DNA of 64,000 nt from Amoebophrya sp. A120 (Eukaryota; Protista; Dinoflagellata), in assembly GCA_905178155.1 (NCBI GenBank), contig CAJINV010000019.1:76237-140236 (forward strand), written 5' to 3'. The notes beneath the pieces were generated by a model. The model worked only from the letters and a program-made list of their open reading frames with translations. It did not search any database and was not told the origin of the DNA. The translations under genes were made by a program, and so were the position numbers. The stretch's first letter is position 1. Every line of letters starts with the position of its first letter. Shown one piece after another: positions 1 to 11,300 of this stretch.

Positions 1-71
1 AGCTTTCATTTGGAAACTTTGCATGACAAACTTTTGCAAATTTCAGGGTCGGGGCATTTTTCATTGTAGTA
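1..71. mobile_element. Introner family B, right end only (truncated by window)
   Basis: gcatgacaaa motif and a B-type right end ggtcggggcatttttcattgtagta. Confidence 0.55.
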
Positions 72-1319
72 TGCTGCTCCTCCACGTACTTCCGACACTG
101 GTTTGCGAGCGAGCGATATCAACTGGAAATACGTCTGGATCTGGAAACTTATGATGCAAGGAAGGGAATAGTGAAAACACTGTATAAAAAATGCGCTGCC
201 CAACATGACAAGTTTTGCTATGTTGGTTCTGCTTCTGAGTTGCGTACTCCGCATGAGAAACTGCGTTTTTGCATGGCTGGCAAGCGGAGTTCTTCGCGGC
301 CACGCATTACAGAGTTCCGAGTCATGCCAGACGAGCATCACATTCACAAATCTCGCATTCTCCCCGACCCTGACATATTTGCAGTTGATAAGCGACAGGC
401 GTCTTTGGAAATCGCTTCCGGGTACTGCGAGCCCACGCGGTGCAGGAACCGCTCCCAATTGCGGCCAAGCGACGAAGATTGGGATGTAGACGAGGACGAA
501 GAAGAACCGTGCTCGCTCGTGCCGACCTATCCTGTGTAAAAACGTTCCCACCTCCCCAGAGGCAAGATGGAAAATCTGCTACACAAATCAGCCAGCTTTG
601 GTTGTTGCGCATGACAAGTTTTGCCTCGTAGTGTAATGCTGTTTAGCTGGTCCAGCAGCATCACAGATCTAGCATATCATGCTTATTGGAGCATGACAAA
701 TTCCGAAACACAAGTAGAAAATGCTTCTCATGGGGCTGCGCATGAGAAACATTCTCAGCATGCGGATTAGCATTACAACTATGGGGTGGGGACGTTTTTA
801 CTCAGGATACGACCACGTCGTTGCACACTTTTTTGAAGTCTTCGTTCCGCTTCCGCGCGTAGTCGTTTTCCCTTTGCAGGTATCAAGTGCAAAAGTGTCT
901 GGGTCTGGAAGAATGCAGACTTGTCATGCATATTTTGTATGATGATTGATGCCTCTAATGCATGATCTAGCAACACAGATTTTTAGAGGGGTTCCTAATG
1001 CCTATTCCGCATGAGAAATGCCCTCTCCACGTAACACAAACTGGAGTCCTGTTGCTGGTCATGCAATACAGATTTTTTTGGAATCCAAAGACAGAATTAC
1101 AAGTTACAATCCTCCAGACCCAGACATATTTGCAATCCATAGCAGGCCGAAAACTTGGGACTGCCCTTTGACTTCGAAAAAGGTGCGCTGCTGGTTCCGT
1201 GCGGTTTGCCGAATCTGGAGTTTCTCTTTGTACTTGCGAATTTCCAGATCCAGCTCGTCTCGCCGCTGCTCCAGCTGCAGGAAAAGGTCGCCCGAGTCAG
1301 CGACAAACGAGGACGTCAT
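1..1319 (-). CDS. Coiled-coil hypothetical protein, 5' part (continues past window start); interrupted by introners at 881, 528, 117 and 1-71
   Basis: ATG at 1319. Removing each element plus 5 bp gives an open frame: MTSSFVADSGDLFLQLEQRRDEL...QVFGL|QRENDYARKRNEDFKKVCNDVV|GTSEHG...KDACR|SLANQCRKYVEEQ. Confidence 0.8.
117..390. mobile_element. Introner family A
   Basis: tatcaactggaaatacgtctggatctggaa...cccgaccctgacatatttgcagttgata; DR agcga/agcga. Confidence 0.9.
528..809. mobile_element. Introner family B
   Basis: tatcctgtgtaaaaacgttcccacc...ggtggggacgtttttactcaggata; DR cgacc/cgacc. Confidence 0.9.
881..1141. mobile_element. Introner family A
   Basis: tatcaagtgcaaaagtgtctgggtctggaa...ccagacccagacatatttgcaatccata; DR gcagg/gcagg. 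Confidence 0.9.
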
Positions 1320-2231
1320 GTTTGTCCAGATTTTTAGGAAAGTAAAATTTTCTACAGCATCAACAAGAACTGATCAACAAATTTTACATTAGAAGTTGTG
1401 GACGGAAGTTAGAAGTAAGTACAAAACGTAGGTGTTGTCTGCTTGTTTGGCAAACACACTGCGATTACATCTTCGAGCAGGAGATTTTTTTTTTGGCCAG
1501 ATGGTGCATCATCAATGCAGGAGCAACCCAACTCTCTTCGCCCGGGACCGCCCTCGTCGTGTGGTCACAACATTCTTTATCCGCCTGCACTTGGGCGAGA
1601 TGTGCTCTTATTATTGAAACTACACGACAGTTAAACTTGTTGTAAAAGCACTCTGTTTGTGAGAAATTTCAATTTGCACCGCTCCACATCGTAGTTTGCT
1701 CTCGAAAGTTTTAATGTTTTCGAAGAGGCAGCGCAGCCGCCGGTCTTGTTGCTGCGTGCGGTTAACATACTAAGTTCTATTTCTACGTAGCGTACTGCAC
1801 CTACTCACGAAGAGAGACGACGGAGAGGCTACAGAACAATTGGGTTCATGTTTATACGGTATAGAAAAAAAACACTTAAAGTGTTTTTTATGAGCAGAGG
1901 AGGCGCAGACGAACGAACAGAGACCGTGGCATCTTTGGGAATGACTTGCTCACGTCGGTCAACAACGTCGAACCACGAAAAGCGGAGGCCGAATTTTTTT
2001 CTAGAACCAGCAAACATTTGCATTCTTGGAACGGGAGCCTGGCGGTTATCATACACAATTTTTACAACACATCATCAATTCTTTATCTTTACAAGGATTG
2101 GATACAAGAAGCAGGGGGAGTAAGTACATTGATACGAACAGTGTTGTCACGTCAAAACACAAATAAGAGAGTCATTCTCATATTATTTCATTCCCCTTTT
2201 TTCTTCCGTGTCCCTATCGGGATTCGATCCA

Positions 2232-4822
2232 CTACGAGGAAATCTTCTCCAACTTTCACGTCCCCCCATCTCCCTCGGTCGCTGCCGGTGAAGCCGTATC
2301 AAATGCAAACCTGTCTGGGTTTGTCATGCTAATACATGGATGAACAGCTGCTGAATCCAGTACGCAGCCGAGCATGAGAAATTCCAGGGGTGCTGGAGTG
2401 GGTGTGCAAGCACGATCCGCATAAGAGATCGAGTATTATTTACACGAAAAACTGACAGGAGGGCTCTTCCGTCACATTACATGCATAGAATACATTTTAT
2501 TACAGACTTCTGCAGCTGCTGCATGAGCATGCAAGTGCAGCATTACAAATCCTCACGCAACCTTCCAAATCCAGGCATACTTGCAATGCATAAGCCCCTG
2601 CACCACCAGCCGCGTCTCCCGGATGGTTGCTGGCGCCATCTTCTGAAACCGATGCAGCCTCAGCCATGACTTCGTGGGTAATGTTGCCACCTGGGGTAAG
2701 TAAGTAGTTTGTTGTTCTCTTCTTCTTCATGCATGGCAAAGAAACATAAAATGTGCGATAAACTGGAACTGCATGGGTACTATCAGGGTCATGAAGAACA
2801 AAGGATCATCTCCATTTTTCTGTAATGCTTGCCTGCAAAAGGAAAAGCAAAGAGAAAGAAAAGAATAGCTCAATAATGAATGTAGCTTCAACATCTTTGA
2901 TACTTCCCTTCTTCCCTGCCTCATCCGTTCCGCCGGCCGCTACCGCTGCAGCGAAGTGGTTTTCCACGTTCGCTTCCGTTAGTGCCTGGTGAATTTCCTT
3001 TTCCTCGTCTCGCATGTCTTGTCGCGACCGGCAATACGCATAGACACACAAGTATGCATTGCAAAAGCATCTTCGCGCTTGTAGTAAATTGCACATATGC
3101 TTACAAATAATTTTTCCGAAAACAAATCATGCAGATGATTCAGGTGATACAAGATTGAAATATACTACGAGTTCGATACTCTTGCACAGGATAAGATGCT
3201 GCAGCAGCACGCGATAATTACGCCAAAAATGACCAGGTCGACGACAATAAAACCTGACAAATCATGTGAAGAAGGCGCTTTGTCCAAATTTTTTTCAAAA
3301 ATTCCGCATTTTTAAACGACAACTGCACGACGATTTATTTCACACGCTACTATAACAAAAACTAAAAGAATGAAGAGCCATGCAGGGCTTGTAATACGCT
3401 ACAGAGTCAGATTCGATTTGTGCTGAAAGTAGTAAAACGACGGAGTAATTTGATGTGAAAACAGTTCTGTACCAGCCATTGTGAAGGGGTGCTTTTCTAG
3501 CTCCTCTATGCCCTCCTCCACAGTCTCGTTCACACTTTTGTTCGCGCTCGTGTCGTGGTTCAAAGCCGCCTGTTGTGTCGCGTTATTTTGCGTCACGGTC
3601 ACGTTTTTGCCGTTTTTTGCGATGTCCAGCCGGGAAAAATGCAGCCCGCTTCGTTTTTCTTCCAGCAGAATCTGTCGCTGGTCGTTCTTGCCGCCCTCCT
3701 CGACTTGTTCCTGTTCTTCTCTTCTCACCAGCGATGACGTTAAGCTTCTACCACGTTTCGTCTCTATTTCTCCGGCCGTCGTTGCAGTGCTTGTTGTGCC
3801 GTCCTCGAAATCAACCAGGATTTCTTGTTGTTTTTCTGCAACAGCTTTGGCGGTGGAGAACTTAATATGAGTTCTATCTTTTTCATTTTCATCTTTGCTG
3901 TTCTTGCGGGAAGACGAAGAAGTACTAGAGGAGAAAGGAATACTTGAAGGACCACTGCTTGTTCTTTTACTTTTTTGTGAAAAAAATTCTTCTCTTTGTT
4001 CCTGTAGTTGCTGGTGTTCTCCTGTTGTGGCCGCGTCCCCGGCTACGACGACAGAAGATGTTGAAAGGGGAGAAGATGAAGATGCTCTTGCTTGTTTCTT
4101 GTTTTGAAATATTGACTCGGTGTTTATTGTTCTTGACGGTATTGTTTTTCCTGCTCCGCCGCCAGTGCCGAGAAGACTGTCACGATCATGCTCATCAGGA
4201 TTTATTTGCAGCCGCGGGTAGTTCTGGTGCTTCTGCTTCTCAATCATATGCCTATGCGGTCTTCGTCGCATCTTCACTTGATCTTGTTCCGGTTGCTGCA
4301 TTTTTAAGACTGCGTGCTCCTGTAGAAGTCCGGCCCCCGCGTAGAGATCTGGGTTCTTCTATCCTGAGTAAAAACGTCCCCACACCAGAGCTGTAATGCA
4401 GATTTGCAAAGACAGGAAGACTTGGAATGCGCATCCCCATGCGAGCCATTTCGAGTCGTGTTTTGGAATTTGTGATGCTGTGAACAGGATGAGTAGATGA
4501 ATCTGTGATACGGCTGCACTTGCTAACCTGCACTACACTGCAGAGCGCAACTTGTCATGCGTGACTCACAAAACTCCTAGGCTTGTGTTGCAAAATCCCC
4601 ATCCTGACTCTGGTGTGGGAACGTTTTTACTCAGGATATCTTCACTGGGTCATCTTTGTGCAGCTGCGCGGCCTCGAGAGCTTCTACTACGCAATTATTT
4701 CCGGTGCTGGAAAGAGAGGCTGCGAAATAGATGAAAATCGCAGGGTGGGCGAAGAAGCAAAAGCCACGAGGAGCGCAGGGTCGCCCGATGACCCGGGGGA
4801 CTTTTCGTAAAGTCATTTTCAT
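2232..4822 (-). CDS. Probable type-I membrane protein with S/T/E-rich ectodomain; 3' exon structure below ~2900 uncertain
   Basis: Removing element 4360 joins ORF 4631-4894 to ORF 3399-4301 (DDPVK|NPDLYAGAGLLQEHAVLKMQQPE). GT-AG intron 3254-3472 leads in frame to a TM segment FIVVDLVIFGVIIACCCSI|CVYAYCRSRQ. Confidence 0.65.
2297..2592. mobile_element. Introner family A, diverged
   Basis: tatcaaatgcaaacctgtctgggt...ccaggcatacttgcaatgcata; DR agccg/agccc. Confidence 0.8.
3053..3193. mobile_element. Introner family C, diverged
   Basis: tatgcattgcaaaagcatc...cgatactcttgcacaggata; DR degenerate acaag/agatg; removal of element plus 5 bp keeps frame. Confidence 0.75.
3254..3472 (-). other. Canonical GT-AG spliceosomal intron (predicted)
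   Basis: Minus strand g|gtacag...ttgtcag|gt; joins exons in frame. Confidence 0.6.
4360..4638. mobile_element. Introner family B
   Basis: tatcctgagtaaaaacgtccccacaccagag...ctctggtgtgggaacgtttttactcaggata; DR tcttc/tcttc. Confidence 0.92.
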
Positions 4823-6108
4823 CTTGAGCGGCCTTTCCTTCGTGTGCGGTCCAATCGATTGATAGATTTCTATTTTTCCATTGTTCATCGTCACACTTTC
4901 TTGCGATAATTGATACCGAAATTATACGATGAAATAAAACGATCGAAAAATCAAAATCGCGCAGAGCTCGGAAGACACATGGAGTTGTAGCCTTTTGCCC
5001 CCTCATCTCTCCGATCAATGTCCTTGGCGATGGAGCCACGATGCCAATCCGATTATACGAAGTGCCGAAAAAACATCATTCCACAAAACTATATCACAAG
5101 CACCTCAACGTCAACAAGAACCACATGCTTAACGCCCGTTTTCTAGACGTTGTACTCTCTTTTTTTTTTACATTTACCTGCAATAATCACAAATTTACGC
5201 TCGACTGCTGACCCTCCGACCCTCTCGCTAACGAGTGTTCTTCGATAAATGCGGAAAGCAGAGGACAAGAATTTCTTGGTAGTTTTCAAGGGTTCTTCCG
5301 CATCCTCTTTTACTTCCGACACCGCAATGATAGTTCTTTCTAATCCTCTACAATGACAATCATCGCAGTGGTTAATGTTTGATGTTCACGTCTTCTTTCC
5401 TTTGTAAGAACTACGACCATGTCGATGTCCGTGGCGGGAAAGCTTTTTTACATCATAGATGGGAACGGCAAAAAGGTACTGCTTCATACTCAAGCCGACG
5501 TCAGCTCTGAGGAAAACGAATGTAGCGCAAGCTTCTATAGACAAAAACGAATTGTCAGGCGAGCTTGAAAGCTGCTCTCGTTCTGCCTTTGGATTCCTGA
5601 ACAAGGTTATAAAATCGTCTGTACTGTATTGCATTGAGAGCTGCAAGGCATGATCTGAGGAAAAACAAAATTATGCGTGTTCGCTTCTAGGTGAGCGAGA
5701 TCATGGCATTGTCAGATCATAATTTTTGCCAAGTTTTCTGCGAGTTCGTGTCTACTGCTGAAAATAAATCCATATGAAAGCAAAAGACACAAGCATGGTA
5801 CAACGCACAGATTTCTGTACTGGTCAAAAATGTCGATCCTGATCCAAATCAGAAAACATACACTCCGTTTCGTTCCTTTCATGTGGTATAATCCCGGAAC
5901 CCGAGCGGCCCGTTGGACCGCGCCGCTGGGGCTGGGTATAAAAGCGTACTGGGCCTAGAAAACAACACCGAGGCCCAGCAACTAAAAAGATGATTAAAAG
6001 CCAGTAACACAGAAAAAACATTTTTTCATGTGAAGAAGATGAACAAAAATCTTTCAATTTGCAAGTATATATCAGAGTAGTCTCGGGTCCCACCCACGGA
6101 AGAGGCTC

Positions 6109-7361
6109 TTAGCTGCGAAGAACGACGACGTCGCAGAACCGAAACCTGGTCGCTGTCGTTGGGTCCGGGCGTGGTTCTTCGAAAATTAAAAGGGCTTTTT
6201 GTGCTTGTTTAGTGGATCTGTCTTGACTTGCGACGCCGTGAAGTTTAAGTGTCACGTGCTGGCTGGGCATATCAAATGCAAATATGTCATCTGGTTCTGG
6301 AAGATTGCAGGAGTAGGCTTGGCATGCTCTGCTAGCAGGACTCCAAAGTCTGTCATGGACGTTACCTCCCAAAAGCCTTATTCTGCAGCTGTCATTCAGA
6401 GCCGCGATTTGTTTATGGAGAATACACAACACCTAGCAAGAACTCAGAAACTTGTCATGCTGAGCCGTCACATCTGGTTGTGGCGTCCTCAGGATTCGCC
6501 AATAAGCACACCAGCATCACAAGTTTCCAGACCCAGACATATTTGCAGTGCATAGGGCAACCACGACGTCGAGAAATATGCGCGCAGGAAGTGTTCCAAG
6601 GTATCCTCTGGGCTGCTGGTGACCATACTCTCTCTATCTGAATACACCACCTGCCTCGGGAAATGCCGCGGCACGATTGTGAAGACCTCCGCATGCGAAT
6701 CTGGAAGGTTCGGATCAACCTTTTCGAGGAGGTTCTGAGCAGTCCAATCCTTCCACTCTTTGAAATCGTAATCGAATTCATGCATTAGCTTTCCGCCCCA
6801 GTCAACAAGCCGCAGTGTAGGCTGCTGCTCGGAGCATGCAGTGGGGCTACTTGAGCTGGCGCAAACGGACGACGAGCTTGGGGCGGTTTTTAGCTGCATG
6901 GCTACTGCGGGAGAACGAGGCTGACCTGCTCCTTGGTGTGCAGGAGCAGCAGGGTGAGATGATGCATCAGGCAGCATAGCTCCTGCGGGAGAAGAGCGCA
7001 GATATGGTGGGAGCACCACCTTTCTGAGAGTGTCTCTGTCACGACACCGATTTGAGTTTGGGTGCGCAGGAGCAGGAGGGTGAGACGATGTCTCAGGAGG
7101 AATAGCTCCTGCGGGAGAAGAGGGCAGATATGCTCGGCGCACAATGTTTTTTCCCACCCTGTCTCTGTCACGAAACTGATCTGTTCCTTGGTGCGCAGGA
7201 ACAGGAGAGTGAGACGATGTCTCAGGAACCGGATCTTCTCCTCCGCGCGCAGAAGACGCAGCCTGAGCCCTGCTACCTCCAGAACCGGAGGCGGCCGCGG
7301 CGTCGCAGACATGATGAACCACATACAATGTGAGGAACGACACGGCACCGGCACGCAGCAT
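6109..7361 (-). CDS. Secreted hypothetical protein (~320 aa) with internal ~42-aa repeats; one introner
   Basis: Signal-like N-terminus MLRAGAVSFLTLYVVHHVCDA; removing 6270 element plus 5 bp joins STSWLP|SQHVTLKLHG in frame. Confidence 0.75.
6270..6554. mobile_element. Introner family A
   Basis: A-type TIRs; DR gggca/gggca. Confidence 0.9.
6930..7230 (-). repeat. Coding tandem repeat, ~126-129 bp unit, ~2.5 copies
   Basis: gtgaga(t/c)gatg recurs near 6954, 7080 and 7209; peptide P(E/D)(T/A)SSHxxxPAH occurs three times. Confidence 0.75.
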
Positions 7362-8309
7362 GGTCGTTGATTGTGCGTCGACCTAATGGACAATTGGTAG
7401 ATTAAATTTATAAAGGACGAGCTCCTCCTCGTGCTTGTAGTTAGTTTAGTGGATTGGATATGTGTACGTAGTGAACTTTCGACGTTCGTTAAGTACTAGC
7501 AAAATACATAGTATTACTTAAATCGGTGACAGAGAAGATGAAATTCTTGCAAACAACTGCAAGAGTTGGTCCTAAAAGAGATCGGAGCTGCTTCCTGCGA
7601 GTTCTAATGAAAGGCACTATGATACCTAAAAATTGATGTCCTCGTCTGGGCAATGACGTTGCCATGCAAATGCCTCGCTAAAACGAGAAATAGAATTGAA
7701 AGGGATCACAACAAATTTGAGCACACACGATGGTGATTTGATGAAAATCACGTAGATCAACAATAATGTATTTTTTTGTTGTCACCGATAATTCTAATAA
7801 ATTGTGCGATCGAATGGCCTTGCTGTAAGTATGTGTTGAACTGGATCCGACGCTGGGGATGCAAGGAGATCAGGAAACTTTGATGCTGGACCGAGTTTTT
7901 TCCTTGCATTTTTTTTGATCATCGACTCCAGGGCCGAGGGGGCCGAAAGCTGCAGTTTCATTTTTGATCCGCGACACACGATGCGTGTGATCTTTATCAA
8001 GACTCATAACCTCAACAGTTGGTAAAGAAGAGCCGAAGCCTGACCTTGCGGCGCCTCTCCAGAGAATTATCAACACGTGTGCTGCCTTTCTTAATCTTCA
8101 ATGCACTGCATCGTCTCGTCAGAAGCTAGAAGAACTGACGCTTCGAGGCGTCGCAGTTATTTGATGTTCCTGTTCTCGGAACTGTAGCAGCTATAAAAAG
8201 GTCATTTCAACATCAACACTCAGGATCAACAGCAGGAGCACCGCAAGAGGGGCACGTAACCGTAAGTTCTATGTGATCATGTGAACTACGACTTCTCGTG
8301 TCCTCTACT

Positions 8310-11300
8310 TCACGGCTTCACCCCCATCCAAAAGTTCGCGCCCAGAATGTTCGAGACGTAGTCTGTATGCATTGCAAATATGTACTGCGCGTCTGAAAAT
8401 TTTTTGCAAGATTTGTAATGCGAAAGTGCGAGCACTGCTCGTTCTCACACAGAATACGCAACACAGGGAATGGAAAAAACTTGTCATGCCTACCTGCTAA
8501 TGTTGCAGTCTGTTCATCATTTGCAGTAGCATCACAAGTTCTTCAAATTCCAGACCCACGCATATTCGCAATGGATAGTCCGTGGTGGGTTGGGTGGTTT
8601 GCCCCACCGCCGCGAGGACGATGTTCTTGGATTCCATCATTTGCACAAAGTTCCGCTTCTCAAAGTTCAGTTTCCTCAGTTCTCATCCTGAGTAAAAACG
8701 TCCCTACCGCAGAGTTGTCATGCAAATCCAAATGCGCAATAACAGGAACATTTGTAATGCGCAGCTCCATGAAAGGTATTTCCAGTCGTGTTTTGGAATT
8801 TGTAATGCTGTCAACCGGATGAGAAAATGGCTGTCTCGTGCGGCTTCCGTTGCCAACCAGCACTACACTGCAGAGGGAGACTTGTCATGCACAGCTCGCA
8901 AAGCTTGGAGATTTGTGTTGCTAGATTCCCAACTTGACTATGAGGTGGGGACGTTTTTACACGGGATAGCTCTGACTCTTTCATCATCCAAAATTTGAAC
9001 AGCTTCTCTCGCTCCTTGTTCAAGTCGATCTGCAGGGTTATGCACCGCAAATATTTCTGGGTCTGGAAGAATGCAAGTTTGTCTTGCTCGGCTAGCATGA
9101 CTGCCAAGTCTGTCACTCACGTTACCCAAAAGCACCAATTTTCTGTCATGCAAAACAAAAGTTTGTCATGCTCAATAGACAGTGCCTAGCTCTACTCAGA
9201 CACTTGTCATGCTGAGCCGTCATTTGTGGCGTCCTCGTGATTCCTCGCCAGTCAGTATCACAAGTTTCCAGACCCAGATGACGTGTTTGCATGTGATAAG
9301 TGTCCTCAAGTTCTGCAGCCGCTCCTGTCTCAGATGCCGTTGGTGCATGCTGAAGCCCAGCGTCTCGTCATCTTCCAGCAGCTTCAGGACCTGCTGCTCC
9401 GGTTCCGACCGGTCTTCCGCTCCGCCGCGCTCCAGTCTGACAACTTCCTCGTCTATCAGGTCGAGCTTCAAAATCAACCGTGAGTATAGGCTATGCATTG
9501 CAAAAGTATAATCGCACTAGTAGTAACTCTAACTCCTGCACATACAAATTCGTCTGCATGAGAAATCGAATTTGGTGCAATACGGATTTACCTTAAGAAA
9601 AGAAAATGCAAAAGATTTGCAAAAATGCATGTACTGCAATTTTTACCACGAGTACGATACTTTTGCACTTTTGCATACAGGCCCTCGAGCTCCGTCAGGT
9701 CCGAGAGTAGCGCCGACTATGAAATGCAGAAGTGTCTGGGTCTGGAAACTTGTGATGCTAAAATGTGCATGATGAAAACCCTTCCGAATGCAGTCCGGCA
9801 TGACAACTTCCCAAAACGCTTTCGCATAGGCAATCCGCATGAGAAACTGCGTTTTTGCATGACAAAAGAGCCTGCTGCTTTTGTTGGTTATGCAATACAG
9901 AGTATCTAGGAATGGAATGCTAGCATTACAAGTTCCAACCTTCGTCCAGACCCAGACATTTTTACAATCCATACCGACTGGTGCTCCTCGATATCGGACA
10001 GCAGCCCGGTTCGCTTCCTGTCTCTGATTCTCAACTTGTAAAATCTGTCCAGCAGCTCATCTGTCTCCGCTTTTCTGTATCCTATGGAAAAACGCCCCCA
10101 CCCCATAGTTGTCATGCAAATTTGCATGCGGAAAATGTTTCTCATGCGGAGACACATGGGAAGCATTTCCTAATCGCGTTTTGGAATTTGAAATGCTCCA
10201 AGTCCAATCAGCGTCATAGGCTAGATTTGTGATGCTGCTGGACGACGTAAAGAGCATTACATTACAAGCCCAAATTTGTCATGCGCAACAGCCCAAGCTC
10301 GTTGATTTGTCTAGCAGATTCCGCATCTTGACTATGGGGTGGGGATGTTTTTACTCAGGATATCCTCCGAATGGAATTCACGGTGTTCAGCGCCCGCATC
10401 ATGTCAATGCCTTGTCTTCTCCCCGCCATTATCAAATGCAAATATGTCTGGGTCTGGAAAGATGCAACTTGTCATGCGCATTTTAGATCATGAAAAAATC
10501 TGTCATGCACTGGGAGCAAAAGCAGCCCTTTTTCTGGTCTCCGAAAGAAGGGATTTCTCATGCGGATTAGGCATTGAGAAACCTCCTGCTCAAAACCTGT
10601 GTTGCTGGGGCTTGCATGCCAGACCTTCTGTGTGACGCAGACTCTGCATCACAATCTTCCAGACCCAGACATTTTTGCATTTGATAGCCATCTCGAGCCT
10701 TTCCTCCTCGGTGCGCACCTGGCCCCAGCAGACGTCCGGCGACGGGGCGTTCTGCTTCGTTTTCCCGAACTTCTTTTCGTACCGGTGGTCGGGCTGGTAG
10801 AACCCGCCCCGCGCTAGGGACGCGGCGGAAAAGTCCATGTCGTCCTCTCTCGGGTCTTGGAACTGCGCATATCCTCATCAAGAACGTCCCCACACCAGAG
10901 TTAAGATGGGAAATCTGCTAGACAAATCGACTAGCTTTGGTTGTTTGGCATGACAAGTTTTTGTCCGCGGAGTGTAAAAATCCTGTTTCGCTAGTTCAGA
11001 AGCATCGCAGATCTAGCTTAGCATGCTGATTCTAGCATTGCAAATTCCAAAACACGAGTAGAAAATGCTTCTCATTGAGCTCCGCATGAGAAACTTTTTT
11101 GGCATGCAGAATTGCATGACAACTATGGGGTGGGGACGTTTTTGCATATGATAGCGCAATCGAGGGGTTTATCCCCGCCGAGGCCTGCATCACCCCGCCC
11201 AACAGCTGCATATCCTGAGTAAAAACGTCCCCACCCCAGAGTTGTCATGCAGATTTGCAAAGACAGGAAGACTTGTAATGCGCATCCCCATGAAAGCCAT

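Noticed and set aside
1142-1319. Faint resemblance of the first gene's N-terminus to the centrosomal protein kizuna
   Set aside because: Coiled-coil composition could explain it; cannot be supported without a profile search, so no symbol was assigned.
5895-5980. TATAAAA flanked by short hairpins (ctgggcct...aggcccag)
   Set aside because: Short stems, no downstream plus-strand gene and no recognisable RNA family.
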